Shown here: positions 11,018-24,949 of the stretch, in pieces | How the letters are laid out: each line of letters begins with the position of its first letter | Numbering within the stretch: the stretch's first letter is position 1 | Assembly (NCBI GenBank): GCA_030390025.1 | Contig: CM059431.1 | Coordinates: forward strand, 111,850,001-111,914,000 | Origin: Squalus acanthias | Taxonomy: Eukaryota | Direction of reading: 5' to 3' | DNA: 64,000 bases | Notes under the pieces: generated by a model | Databases searched by the model: none | What the model was told of the DNA's origin: nothing | What the model saw: only the letters and a program-made list of their open reading frames with translations | Translations under genes and position numbers: made by a program

Positions 11018-11720
11018 GGCCCAAAATTTGCAATCGGAGGCTTCTGACCTGTAAAAAAAAAAATGTATGTATTTACCTGGTGGCCCGGGAGGTATGGAGG
11101 CTTGCGATCCTGGGCCTCTCCGGGTCCGCGCGGGCAGAGGCCCACAGGCGGTTCGCAAGCGCCCCTGGGATCACGTGGGCCGGCCCAACCAATAAAAGAA
11201 GAGAATCCCCATTCATACTTATGGGGTTTCTGTACATAAGGAACTTCCATAAGTATGAATGGGGATCACTTAAAAAATACACCAACACATGAAATCATTT
11301 TTTTTAAATTGCATGTTTAAAATGAATTAAAATGCCATTTAATTAAATATTTTAAATGAAAACTTAATATTTTGAAAAAAAAGTATATGTTTTAACGGGG
11401 CTAAAAATAAACTTACCTTATTGGACAGGGTTTTTAATGTATAAACGTGATAACATTTTATTTTTCTATTTTTTAAAAACTCTTATGTTGGTAAAAGAAT
11501 TTCACTGGCATTCAGCGGGCGGAAGTTGGGTAAATAGCGCAACTCTCCACCCGCAGAGGCCCATCTCCCGGGGATGAGGAAGATCTGTCAAGAAGATTCT
11601 TGACATCGCAACTTCCGGGTTTCAGCGTATGCACTTCGCATGCCTAAACCCAGAACCTGCGCGGCCCCTACGGGCACATACACACCTTGTACGCACCCGT
11701 TGGGGTCGGCAAATACAGCC
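11018..11720. mobile_element. Putative non-autonomous TIR DNA element
   Basis: Imperfect termini ggcccaaaatttgc / gcaaatacagcc; GC-rich ends and AT-rich core. Confidence 0.55.
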
Positions 11721-13854
11721 TGGTGTGTTTTAACATTTCTGCGCGCACATTTTAGGTTGCGTAATGATTTCCCTGCATTGACCTCACCCATTACCTTGGG
11801 AGATAGGTAACATTGACCAATGGTGACTCCTAGTGTTGCTCTTAAACTGCAAGTATAATGTACCAGGATTGTACTTGGTGGACATTCAAACTAGAAGGGT
11901 GACTGTCTTCCTGAATCAGGGGTTTGTGAAACAATAATGATGTATTACTGATTTGACCCAAAGGACGGTTTTGTATCCTTGTCATTAAGAAAGTGAAAAA
12001 TTGATGATTCATCCTCTCCATTCATAGGAGGGTATGGGTGAACCTGCTGATTTTTTTTTTTAAGCCTCACCAGTATCTACTTGCCTTCTCTAAGACCACA
12101 TAGGGATGTGAACAAGTGTTCTATTGCTCGTCTCTCACTTTAGAATGTTCCTTCTTCTCCTCCACATCACACTATTATAGTGCTGTGTTGTAGGTATATT
12201 TGAGAATTGGAATGCCATGTTAATAAGGAGCAAGTTTTAATTTTGGCTAATGGGTTGCAGGACAAATATAATTTAAGAAAGTAGATTAAAAATCGCTTAC
12301 AGTTTTTGACTTCACATGGGACATCATGGATTAAACTCTTTTTCTTGCATTCTCCCTCTAAAGTGAACAATCCTGGAGGGGGATCAGTAAGAATGTCTGC
12401 AGTTTGCCTATTGTGCGTATTGCACTAAGCGCTTTGCTTACGAGTTAATTTAAGGAGATTCAATCTGGAACACAACTTGAAATGATTGGCAGTTTTTTGT
12501 AGACATCATTTTGAAATGTATTTTCTTCTTTTGCCAATTTTCTCCTCTCCTGACGGCATTGACTTCTTCCTGAGTTGTGGTACCTCGGGTACTTCATTCA
12601 AATGGTCATTAGTCGCATGTGAGCCTTGACGGTGATTGTTGGCAGACTGTTTGCCACAGGAGGAGTAATTACAACTTGTCCTCTGATCTCAGACGCACTT
12701 CTAGCAGGCGTTCCTGGATAGTGATCAGGAGTGGGAATTTTTAGGTCCCTCACCCAGGAAGCCAATTGTAGTAATCCTATTGCCTCCACTTGGCGAGATC
12801 AGCTAACCCAGTGCAGGCCATCGTTCAAACCTGGGACTGTGTGGCTCAACTACTGGCTGGATGAACTTACTGAGACATTGGGGGAAGCCATAGACCGTTT
12901 CTGAGCAACTTTGTCTTTGGAGAAAGCCCACTTTAGTCTGCAGTCACATACTTTCTGTTTTCAATGTTTCTGTGCTTAAAAACTTTTTTTTTAAATCCCC
13001 CCCCCCCCCAAAATTTATAATTTGACTATAACGTTATGAAAGTTTTAACATTTGATAATTATTCATCCCACAATGAGAATGTCGACATGCACCAACTATA
13101 TTGAGTACCCTGGCTATCAGCACTCATTAAAACTCCTATCATCAGGTTGGAAGAGCGGAGAAGGGGAATCAAAATGGAATTAATCTGCCCCAGTATAGAA
13201 AATAATGCATAAGAGTCATTTTTAAAGTTGAATTTTCATCTTGCGGTTCAGATGACTTGAGCTTTTCTTCTGGTTTTATGATGGTGTCTAAATCCTGTTC
13301 TTAGTTAATCAATATTTTGAATGTATTTTATTTTCTACCTCCCCAGAAATCTCCTTGCGAGGAATCATAATTGCCAGTACCCTACTTTTCTTATTTTCAT
13401 GTACAAATCGCTATCTACATTCGTACCTTGTCCTGAGAGTTTCGAACACACCCTATCGTGCAAATTTGAGCCCGATTATGTCATTTTATGTTCTACCCCT
13501 GGATCAGTTGACCTTCCCTCACTGCCAAGTTATCCCAGCCCTGTCAAGTCACCCTCTTCGCCTTATTTGTTATTGGCATCTTGACCATCTGTATCCTCTA
13601 ATATTGAATTTGCTCTCGTTTTCTGCGATGAGCTATGTTTCAATGATCTCTGTCGTGACTTCCTGCCACTAAGTATGCTCCCGACTCTCAATGTCTTCTG
13701 TGAATGTTTTAGCGTTCCAGTACAGGCACCTTACTGTATTTTTTACATTTACCCTTATTGTTCAGCTTTATATTTATTTATTTATTTACTATACTAGTAA
13801 ATCTACTGTGGCAATTGCACACAGGGAGTCGAGTCCAAATGTAGTCCAAAGTCC

Positions 13855-15250
13855 ATGAATGTGGTGTTGCCTCCCAAATCCGTGCCCATCTTTCCCAGAA
13901 CTCCATGTTTGAATCCCTCCAATCATTTCTGCCCCGCCACAAGACCGAAATGGCACTTATAAAAGTCACAAGTGACATCCTATGTGACTGTGACAAAGGT
14001 AATCTATCCCTCCTCATCCTTCTCGACTTGTCTGCAGCCTTTGACATGGTTCACCACTCCATCCTTCTCCAACGCCTCTCCACCATCATCCAGCTGGGTG
14101 GGACTGCACTCGCCTGGTTCCATTCTTACCTATCCAATCGTAGCCAGAGAATCACCTGCAATGGCTTCTCTTCCCGTTCCCGCACCATTACCTCTGGTGT
14201 CCCCCAAGGATCTATCCTTGGCCCCCTCCTATTTCTCATCTGCATGTTGCCCCCCCTGCGACATCATCTGAAAACACAGCGTCAGTTTCCACATGTACAC
14301 TGAGGACACCCAGCTCTACCTCGCCACCACCTCTCTCGACCCCTCCACTATCTCTAAATTGTTAGACTGCTTGTCCGACATCCAGTACTGGATGAGCAGA
14401 AATTTCCTCCAACTAAATATTGGGAAGACCGAAGCCATTGCCTTCGGTCCCCGCCACAGACTCTGTTCCCTAGCTACCAACTCCATCCCTCTCTCTGGCA
14501 ACTGTCTGAGAATGAACCAGACTGTTTGCAACCTTGGTGTCATATTTGACCTTGAAATTAGCTTCTGACCACATATCCGCGCCATCACTAAGACCGACTA
14601 TTTCCACCTCCGTAACATCGCCCGTCTCCGCCCCTGCCTCAGCTCATCTGCAGATACCCTCGTCCATGCCTTTGTTACCTCTAGACTTGACTATTCCAAT
14701 GCACTCCTGGCTGGCCTCCCACGTTCTACCCTACGTAAACTTGAAGTCATCCAAAACTCGGCTGTCTGTGTCCTAACTCGCACCAAGTCCCATTCACCCA
14801 TCACCCCTGTGCTCGCTGACCTACATTGGCTCCCAGTTAAGCAATGCCTCGATTTTAAAATTCTCATCCTTGTTTTCAAATCCCTCCATGGCCTCGTCCC
14901 TCCCTATCTCTGTAACCTCCTCCAGCCCAAAAACCCTCCGAGATATCTACACTCCTCTAATTCTGCCCTCTTAAGCATCTCCGATTTTAATCGCTCAACC
15001 ATTGGTGGCCATGCCTTCAGCTACCAAGGCCCTAAGCTCTGGAATTCCCTCCCTAAACCTCTCCACCTCTCTACCTCTTTCCTCCTTTAAGATGCTCCTT
15101 AAAACCTACCTCTTTGACCAAGCTTTTGGTCATCTGCCCTAATTTCTCCTTATGTGGCTCGGTGTCAAATTTTGTTTTACAACGCTCCTGTGATGCGCTT
15201 GGGACGTTTTACTACGTTAAAGGCGCTATATAAATACAAGTTGTTGTTGT
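13855..15250 (+). mobile_element. L2 LINE, 5'-truncated, RT region with frameshifts
   Basis: LLILLDLSAAFDMV, GVPQGSILGPLLF, YTEDTQLY, LHWLPV, LWNSLP; tail ggcgctatataaatacaag(ttg)n. Confidence 0.96.
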
Positions 15251-15439
15251 TTTAGTCTTCATGTGAAACAGGTGGGAATAATTCGACCAGGGCATGCAGA
15301 TGTAATTAGCCCCATTTTAAAGTTTTTCTTTCGGTCCTTATTTTTATATTTCTATTCTAAATTCCTGTGTCCACATTTATAATGGGAACTGCCTATGTAA
15401 ACTTATAACAATGTAATTACAGCCTCCTGCTAGTGATGG

Positions 15440-16130
15440 CACTGCAGCCAGTATATCTTCTACCAGTCACGTTTGGCATATCCCAAAGGCCCATGCTTGG
15501 ATCCCTCCTATTCCTTTATCGACATGCTGCCCCATGCCAATCTCAGAAACGTAAGGTTCAGCTTCTACAAATATATGCTGAAGACCTCTCTCTGCTACAT
15601 AGTCTTAATTCTAATTTTCTCATCATGGTATCCAGCTGTCTATCTGACATCCAAATCCTGAAAGAGCCAGAATTTCTTGCCCTGAATATTGGCAAGACCA
15701 AAGAGGCTGCTCTCTCAGACTGAACCTGATGTTGTGCAGTGTTGGTGTCATCCTTGACCCGTGGATGTGCTTCAAGCCCCACATTCAACCCATAACCAAG
15801 ATAGCTTGCTTCCGACTGTGTAACATCATTTGCTTCCCACCACTGAAATCCTCATCCATGGTTTGCTACTTCAAGGCTTGATGTTTTCTTTGATTTTGTC
15901 TCTAGTTCTACCCAGCACAAACTCCAATTCATTTGCAACTTTGCAGTCCATATCCTACCATACACAAACTGCACGCCCATCATCCCTGGCCTTGCAGACT
16001 CCACCAACTGCCTATCCTAAAACACCTGGATATCTATAACTCACCTTCAAATCCTTCCATAGCCTTGCTTCATCTTAATTATTTAATCTCCCGTCCTAAA
16101 CCCCAGTGTCTAGCCTCTGCTCTTTTGACT
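15440..16130 (+). mobile_element. Older decayed L2 fragment
   Basis: GISQRPMLGSLLFL, QIYAED and LNIGKTKE remnants. Confidence 0.75.
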
Positions 16131-16455
16131 CTTTCGGATGAGTCATTAAACCGAGGCCCTGTCTGCTCTCTCAGGTGGACGTAAAAGATCCCATGGCACT
16201 ATTTTGAAGAAGATCAGGGGAGTTCTCCCTGGTGTCCTGACCAATATTTATCCCTCAACTAACATAATAAAAACAGATTATCTGGTCATTATCACATTGC
16301 TGTTTGTGGGACCTTGCTGTGCACAAATTGGCTGCCGTGTTGCCCACATTACAACAGTGACTCCATTTCAAAAGTACTTCATTGGCTGTAAAGTGCTTTG
16401 AGACGTCCGGTGGTCGTGAAAGGCGCTATATAAATGCAAGTCTTCCTTTCTTTCT
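16130..16455 (+). mobile_element. DeuSINE (SacSINE1-like), 5'-truncated; other copies at ~20545-20950, ~36765-37320, ~38395-38670, ~59925-60075 (-)
   Basis: Deu-domain gatgag..taaaccgaggcc..aaagatcccatggcac..ggtgtcctg plus L2-like tail. Confidence 0.85.
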
Positions 16456-17121
16456 CTGATTTGTTGCATGTTACTATGACCGCTACCCCTCACTCTCTAC
16501 CATGGGTGGCAGAGCCTTCAGTCGCCATGCCCTTGCATTCTGAGACTCTTCCTGTCTCCTGTCCTTCGAAAGGGTCCACAGGTCTCGCAGGCACTTCTCC
16601 AATCCATCTGAAGGCAGACTGAGAAACATTTGTGAGACAAGGCCAGATATGAATTGCTCCCTGCTTTATTTTACAGCCAGCAACTGAACCTGCAGAGTAA
16701 CTGTTCTAGCAAAATGGAATTATTTCACTCAATCTCCAAAAATGGGAAGATTATAAGCCATGCGTACGTAGGTTATCTTAATTGTTTTAGGCGTTGTCTT
16801 TCTGTCTAGACTTCTAACTGCAAAAATTGATGTATTGCGTCTTGGCTTCTTGCTCTGGGCCCCCTTTGTAAAAACCTGATCAAATCTTGGAACACGGACT
16901 TTTCACCTTTTTGTTGATTCTGACCCCAGGAAGCAGTGGGGTGGTGTCTCTGCCTCCTTCCCCTTATAGGGATTCGCCAGAAGGCCTTTCAACCAAACTG
17001 ACCCCCCCCACCCCCCCCCTCTTCCGTGAGAGTATTCTCAGGAGACGCTTCATGCTGTGCCTGTGTGAAGAGGATCGTCCTCGTCACAATGGGTGAAGAT
17101 TTGTTGGCTATCTGAGATCAG

Positions 17122-17865
17122 GGCCTGGAGTTTCCGCTCGCTGGCACTGCTTTTTTCGGCGCAATTCCCCCGCTATCGGTGTAACCGGCGCACAAGATTG
17201 CGAATTTTAAGAGCAAACTGCATTCGGCGCAACTCGAGTTTCCGCCATCTTTTGCGCTAGTTTTAAAGTCATCGTGCTAGAAGCAGGCCCCACCCACAAA
17301 ACCGGCCACGTCCACAGGGTGAATTAATCACCATGGCGAGTTTCCGCTAATTGCGCTCGTTTGCGGGCCTTCGAGGAGGCTCCAAAAGTTAAGCTGGAAC
17401 TTTTGGACGCAAGCACACTAATGGGTACATTTTGAAAGGATTTGAATGATTTTTTTTTTAACTTACTAAGGAACTGACTACTGCACCCCAATCTAACCAG
17501 AAAATAGTTCTGTATATTTTTTTTAAGTCATTTTCAGTCATTTAAAATGGGGTTACTCACAGGTGGTGGATTGACGCTGTGATTTAAAATGCTTATCTTT
17601 TGTGATAAACCCATTTTCAGCTGTATTAATCAAACTTTACCAATTTACCACCCTTAAATTTATCGAGGAATATTTTTTATAGCAATTTTAAAAATTACGT
17701 TTTAAAACGCTGCCCGGTTGCGCTGGATCATGACAGATTTTGTGTCGGTGATATGCAAATGAGTTTGATGGGAAACTCGTGGGTGGGGGGGGGGCGAAAC
17801 ACTTTCAAAACGGGCGCAGTTTGCTTCGGAATCGGCGATTGTGCCCAAAATGGAAACTCTACACC
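17122..17865. mobile_element. Putative non-autonomous TIR element with Harbinger-like termini
   Basis: Termini ggcctggagtttcc / ggaaactctacacc, flanked by CAG on both sides. Confidence 0.6.
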
Positions 17866-18677
17866 CAGATTATTAACGTCCGGGTAGAGACCACTCCAGC
17901 TACTGGCTCGCTACCATCTGACGCTCCCTTCTGTCGCCGTGCTGCAGCCTGCTGCTTTTTAAACCGGTGTTCTTTTTAAAAACACAATTCCTAAGCCGTA
18001 ACTCAATCCTAAATACATTAAAAAAAAAAGCCCTGAAACGTGAAAATCATACTAAGAGCACAATGATTTCCCGGCTGATAGCGGTAAGGAATGGGAATCG
18101 TAACTTGTGATGAATTCTCCTGAGTCCCAGGCCTTCTGCATGGACTGTTATATCAGCACATTCCTGTGGAAGTAGCACATTGGGTCAAGAGATGAAAATG
18201 CCCTGTATATGGAGAAGCGTCGCCTCAGATGTGTTCTGCTCAGCAAATTCCTCACTCATGATGTGGTCTAGAAAAACAAATACAGGAGATGATTTATTAA
18301 TCGTTACGCACGCAATGAATCCCACTGTATGTAAAATACTGTTGAGTTCCAGTTTGATTTTTGGCTGTGGTTCTTGGTTAAAGTGAGCTGATGATGAGAA
18401 TCCCATTTAACCTGTTGGAGCCCATTGATTTACTTAAAACATCTTCTAGATTTCTTCCGATTTTTACATTTTTCTTTTATTCATTGAAAGAGATTTTTTT
18501 TAATTTAAATACTCTGAACCTCACTGGGGACAGAGGAAACTGTTCCGGACTGACTCTGCGTGAACATCTGCCGACTTCGACTTGGAGTTTCCCCCTGATT
18601 GTTTCACTAAACCTCCGCGTTAAACTCTTATTCAGGAGAAATCATTTGAAAAAGACATGTACCTAGATAAGTCTTGA

Positions 18678-18954
18678 TGCGGAGATGCCGGTGTCGGACT
18701 GGGGTGGACAAAAGTGAGAAGTCGCACAACACCAGGTTATAGTCCAACAGTTTTATTTGAAATCACAAGCTTTCGGAGCTGCTGCCCCTTCGTCAGGTGA
18801 AGTGAAGGAATACAAATCGGCAAAGCATATATAGACAGAGAACAATGCCTGTGCAGCGTACAATGTCAGACGACTACAGTTAATCTTTCTGACTGTTTCT
18901 CTGCCGAGGTGTGATAAAAGGCAATCAGGTCAGGAAGGCATTATATCAAAGACA
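18678..18954 (-). mobile_element. Short Penelope-type insertion carrying a hammerhead motif (family A)
   Basis: 14-bp TSD tagataagtcttga at 18664-18677 and 18955-18968; homologous to 51153-51472. Confidence 0.8.
18763..18800 (-). ncRNA. Minimal type I hammerhead ribozyme motif
   Basis: Minus strand: ucac CUGACGA a ggggc-agca-gcucc GAAA gcuu guga, giving stem I, core boxes, 5-bp stem II and palindromic AAGCUU. Confidence 0.75.
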
Positions 18955-21116
18955 TAGATAAGTCTTGACAGTTTTGACAGTGCATTGGGATTGGTGATAC
19001 GGTTGTACACATGATGGGGAACTCTACACTTTGGTGGGGGAGCATGGGGGAAGGTAGCTTTGTGATAAGTCGGGTCAGTGGGACACCGTAGTTCCTTCCT
19101 AAGTAAGTCGTGATCTTGTAGAGTTAGTTCATTGGCTTTTGAAAATTGTTGCTCCTTTCTACATTGAACTCTTGCCTTTTTGGAAAGAAGGAAAGACTTG
19201 CATTTATATAGCGTCTTTCACGACCTCCGGACGTCCCAGGGAGAAGGACAAGGGCAGCAGGCGCATGGGAACACCACCACCTCCAGGTTCCCCTCCAAGT
19301 CACACACCATCCTGACTTGGAAATATATTGTCGCTCCTTCATTGTCGCTGGGTCAAAATCTTGGAGCTCTCTACCTAACAGTACCGTGGAAGCACTTTCA
19401 CCAGACGGACTGCAGCGGATCAAGAAGGCGGCTGGTGCTTCCACAGTACTATTAGGTAGACAGTTCCAAGACTTTCTCGAGGGCAATTAGGGATGGGCGA
19501 TAAATGCTGGCCTTACCAGCAATGGCCACATCCCATGAATGAATTAAAAATAAAGTACCTTTTTGTGGTGGTCTGAGTTTAGAGAGGGGGGAGCAGTGAA
19601 GACAGTTGACTAGTTTTTTGACTGACCTGGGTTTATTTATTATCTATTAAGAATTGTGTTTTTGAGCTACATATCCTGTATTGAATAAGATTATATTTGG
19701 AGAGCTTAGAATGAGTTCTGAGATTTAAAAATAATTGCAGTCCTATGAAAACTTCATCAAATTGGTTGCAAATTGATTGAGACTGTAGACCCAAAACGGT
19801 TATGCATTCTTTTTAAAGTACTGGCTTCCAGTTCTGGATGTTCTTACTAATTGGCCATTCCATGCATTGGCGGGCTTGAGGATTTCCTGACTCTCCTTTA
19901 TCCATTGTCCACCAGTGATTGTGATCTAAACAATTTTGAAAAACCAACAGGGGAGAAAAAATAGTGTGTACATCACTTTTAAAGGGATACTAATGACATT
20001 TTTTTGCAAATTAAAAAAATTTGCGAAATGGAAGTCTTGACAGTAATGCCGTCACCAGCACAATGTTTTATCGTTCCAGAGGGAATCAAACCGCTCTCCT
20101 TTCACACTAGGTGGCGATGTTAATCTGTGATAACGAGATGGCTTCACAAGCTGGCTGGGTGGAGTACAGTCCCATCCTCTTGGAATAACAGTGCAAAAGG
20201 GGTCTTTGCCATAAGGCACTGAAACAGATGAGAACATTTTGCTAAGAACAAGGCAGAGTTGCTTAAAGAAATACTCCTTATCCTCGAACATTAATCTCAA
20301 AAGATAGTGCCGGGGTAATTTCTTTAAACAATTTTGTTTAAAGCTTAAAAGAAAATGAAGGGATGCTGGAAGCCAAAGATAGATTGGGAGCCAATGATTT
20401 GCATTATTTGTTAACTTAGTCTCAGAAACTAGGCTGAAAATGGCCGCTTAGGTAGGAGACTGATGGTGACTTTTTAGAAAGGAAACATCATTACTTACTT
20501 GTATGGCTGCATTTTCAGGTCAGTGACCCAAGAATAAAAAGCTCTCTCGCCTCTGAGTCAGCAGGTTGTGAGTTCAAGCCCCACTCCAGGGACTTGAGCA
20601 CAAAAGCTAGGCTGACACTCCAGTGTAGTACTGAGGGAGTGCTGCACTGTCGGAGGTGCTGTCCTTCCGATGAGACGTTAAACCGAGGCCCCTGTCTGCC
20701 CCCTCGGGTGGATGTAAAAGATCTCATGTCTCTATTTGCAGAAAAGCAGGGGAGTTTTCCCCAGTGTCCTGGCCAACATTTATCCCTCGTCCAACGTCAC
20801 TAAGTCAGATTGTCTGGTCATTATCACGTTGCGGTGTGTGGGAGCTTGCTGTGCGAAAATTGGCTGCCGCGTTTCCTACATTACAACAGTGACTCCACTT
20901 TAAAACACCCGAGGTCGTGAAAGACTCTATATAAATGCAAGTCTTTGTTTTCTAAAGCAATTATGAGGTGTTTTGACATCTTCTAATCCATGTGGGTTTC
21001 ATTCCATTCAGTGAATTTAATTGTATGCATGATGAATATGTAATTTAATTGTATACATGATGAATATGTAAAGATGAGTTTACCTGTTGAATTGACTTGA
21101 GGCATTTTCCCACCAG

Positions 21117-21245
21117 TTCATGCAGCAACTGGGATTGCTGCCCAGCTGGCAATTTGGCGATGTCTTTGGAATGGATCCTGAACTCCTCAATTTGGTGCCA
21201 AGACCTGTCTGCTCAATTCTTCTACTCTTCCCAGTTACAGAAAAG
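21117..21245 (+). CDS. UCHL3: UCHL3 exon 3 ([43 protein letters not shown])
   Basis: 129 nt; AG/GT bounded; peptidase C12 motifs DVFG and VPRPV..LLLFP. Confidence 0.97.
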
Positions 21246-21501
21246 GTACTTGTTTTTCTTTTAATATGACTGGTAACTTCTCTAACTAAAAGGTGGTAAA
21301 TATGGGACTCTGAAGATGAGGCATATCCTGAATTATATATTCCTTCAAAAGTGCAGACCTGCATTTTTCCCACTTATGCTCCTGATTACTGTTTTTCTTG
21401 TGTTTTGTAATTACGGTACATTTTCTATTGAAATAATCATTCCAGGGAAGCCTCCCAAAATTGTGTTTGTGAATATTAAACTGGCATTTGGTAGTTTCTA
21501 A

Positions 21502-22207
21502 AGCCCAGAATTTGCAGTTCGCCATCATTACTATGTAAAACTGACAGCAACTTCTGGCGTCAGCACATGCTGGAGTTGCTGTCAGTGATACCCTGCTCTC
21601 CACAGGGTGCGCCGTTGCAGTCCTCTCAGATTAAAATCAATTAAAATCATTGAATTGACGTGAACTTCCACTTTCTACGCACTATTCTCGCTGTAAAAAC
21701 CCTTGGAAAAAGTTAAGCCTTGTTGAATGAAGTGTAACTGATTTTTTAACGGCGTACTAAGTCATAATTACTGCTGAACAACCTCTCTGGCCTTGGAAAA
21801 ACTAATTTTATATTTATGGAATGTCAAATTTCTCCCTTATAAAAATTCCTAGATTTTTTAAAAAAAAATTTAAGTTTTGTTATTTCAGCTTCTACCTTAA
21901 TCCCATGTGTATGTCCCAATCTTTATTTTGCTATCTGTAAAATGATTAAAAAGTGAAAGATAATCAGTGCTTTTTACTTCCTGGTTTGCTGTCTGTGAGA
22001 ATTCTTCAATGTGATTGGTTGCTTAGCCAGCTTGATGGCATCACTGTTGCCAGACGCTGGTGATCCCTTATAGGTGACGCCAGAATTAAATTAATGTCGG
22101 GAGAGGTGAAATCCATACCACAGAGGTCGCTAGATCTTTGTGGGTAGCTTTCTTCGAGGTCAGCGGCTAGCGTCGCCACTTCGCCGATGACCGCAAATTC
22201 CGGGCCC
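21502..22207. mobile_element. Putative non-autonomous TIR element; related copy at ~62803-63527 and fragment at ~6193-6370
   Basis: Termini gcccagaatttgc / gcaaattccgggc; shared internal segments (aacctctctg..ctgaaaa; acttcctggtt; gcaagtctaactaac). Confidence 0.6.
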
Positions 22208-24949
22208 ATGTTTTCTGGGTGGTAATTGTACACTGGATAGCAATCTAGTGTCGGATTTCTGGGTGACTCATCCCCTCCTATTATAGCTGATTGTAGAGTC
22301 CCATCACTGCCCTGGCTAAGATCAGCTAACTTAACACACACCAAGGATCAAACTGGGACCTCCTTGGTCTGCATGAATCTAGCACCCACTGAACCATTTG
22401 GGAAGCGTGTGTCTTATTTCCTCCATCTCTAGCAGACATGCTGTGTAGCTAGATGAATGCGACTATCACATTTTTCTGGTGCTTGTTTTGAGCGTATTCC
22501 AGTGCTCCAAATCATAGCGCTGGGCGTTGAGCCTGTGCTATCCCAGCTTCAGTGCTGAGCTAAGCATTGAGTAAAAGCAATATTATATTGATTGACTGCC
22601 CGCTCAGTGGGCAGCAGTTTCTGCACTTTAACCTGAGACCTCGCTGGCTCTGAATGTTTGACCTTGAGTCTTGAGATCAGCTTTCAGGAGCAGGAAGGAT
22701 GCTGATCCTTCCTTGCTGGCTGGTTACAGCAGAGTCTCCTGGCTAGAAAAGACCGAACTGGGCGGATGGCCTGACCTCCTCCTCCTGTGCGATTGCTTGT
22801 TATCTCTCATAGTGGCTCCTTTGACTGAAATGTAGTTCACTTTTTTAAAAAAAAAGACAGTACTGCACGAGGGATAGTTTTTTTTTGAGGGTACTTCCTC
22901 CACTCTTTCCCCTCCTACCCACTGGTGACATTTCCCTTTTTAATAAAACTGCTAGAGCTTTTGCGGTCTGTTCATAGAGTCATCTTGATCTTTTTTTTTC
23001 GATGTGTCACTGCTTTGTAACGCTCCTGTTGGCACTCACTGTTCAGGCCGACACATAAAGAACACTCACTTGGCTGAGGTACTAGAGGACCAACACCACC
23101 TAATGAGACTGTACCTCATCAAGTGTCACCACATTCAGAAGAGAAGGGGGTAGAAAGAGGAGGGAAAGAAATAAGATCACACAGGTAAATGCTAGATATA
23201 GTGTTATTTTATACACAGCCAAGTGTGTTTTATAGTGAAGACCCTAAAAAAAAATCACCGGTCCACAGCAATTCTTGTAGATCTTTAAATATTTTTCGTT
23301 TGTAATTCTGACATTTTCCACAAAAAAAGTTACACCGAATGCCAGTTACTGGGGATTCTCAGATAAAAGGAATGTTCACGTCAAGGCTGTATTTTGTCAC
23401 GATCATTCTATTAACCTGTCTTCCGCTGAAAAGTGTTTGACAGGAATGAATGACTGTGCTGCACTGCACACTCTGCCTTTCCCCTCTGAGACCTGGGCTT
23501 GACTCCATCACAGACTGATGGGACCATGTCTGCTGGCTGTAAGGCGTCTGTGTGAAAGAAGTCGGGTGAAGTCTCGACCTAGTTGGGTGTAGGCTCATAG
23601 CACAAAACTCCCCCGAATTGTCACTAAATTTGAAATTTCGCCCAAGCCAAAGAATAGCTTTTGTGAGAAAAATGGCATCTAGTCGAGTCTTCACTTTATG
23701 GCTGAGGCATGGGCTCAGAATTTCCTGGTAAGTGTGGCGTTGCGCCGTTCCCCCCCCCCCCCCCCGAGGAAATTTGCGCGTAACTGATTAACGTTGGTTT
23801 TACGCCGAAACTTTGGTGCGCGTGAATTTCCTTGATCATTTGCGCCACTTCTGAGATCCGTCCACCCAAACCCTCTGTCACTCATTTGCATTACTCCGAT
23901 GCAGAAGACCAGCTCGTGCGAGTTTTCTGGATTTACGGGAACAATGTGCTGGTGTAGATCTACAACCCAAAGATTTAGATGCAGCACTGCCGGAAATCAT
24001 AAGAACATAAGAAAGAGGATCTGATCTTGGCCTCAAGTCCACTTTCCCGCCCGCTCCCCATACCCCTCGACTCCCCTGTAGCTCAAAATGTATGTCTATC
24101 TCCGCCTTGAATATATTCAAGTCACCTGATATCCGGAGATTTCTTCGAAGATTTGTTTTGAATCTTTCTTGCTGAGACTTGCACTATACTTGCACCTGAT
24201 ATTTTTCGGAGCTCTGTCGCATTCAGAAGGACTATGTCAATGGAATGGCCTTCCCAATGGACAGATCTCTGTTCTGCATAATAATGGACGACAGAAAGGA
24301 GCAGCAGAGGTAACGGGCTCAGAGAGTGAGGCGTCATGGCAGAAGTACGCCCCGTGAAATCATAAGCTCAGCGACACCATGCCGGGAAGTTCCTTGAAAC
24401 TGCTCCCGCTCTGGCGAGGTTACTTCACCGGAAGTATAGCCGGCTCCCTGCTGGTGAAGTAACGCCGGCGGAGTGGGAGAAGTTCCGAGGAATGTCCCTG
24501 ACCGCGTCACTCAAAAAAATGAAACCACATCTGGTAGAGATGTTAACCTCCGAAGGTAATTCTGACTAAGGAGAGGTGAAACTACAGATCAGTTCCTCTC
24601 CAGTAGGTCTGCTGGTAACATGTCAGGATTCTCAGCTGGACAACTGAGAGTTCAAACTCAGGTTCACACTTCCTTCCCCCCCCCCCCCCCCCCCCGATAT
24701 GCAGGTTTTGGTGCTGCTAAATGATGCAGCACTACTGCTGTGAAGCATCAGAGTTAAGGTTGACAACCCTGCTTGGACGTATTCCTGGAGATTTGATCGC
24801 GTGCCGTGTGATCATGTGACGGTTGCCCATTGCATTTACCTTAGTTACGTGTCTCCGTACTCCAGCATTCCTAAGATGATAATGTCATAGTCCACAAGAA
24901 TTTTAAAAAAAAAACTAGAAGCGGAATTTGGACAGAATCTTTTTGTGGT

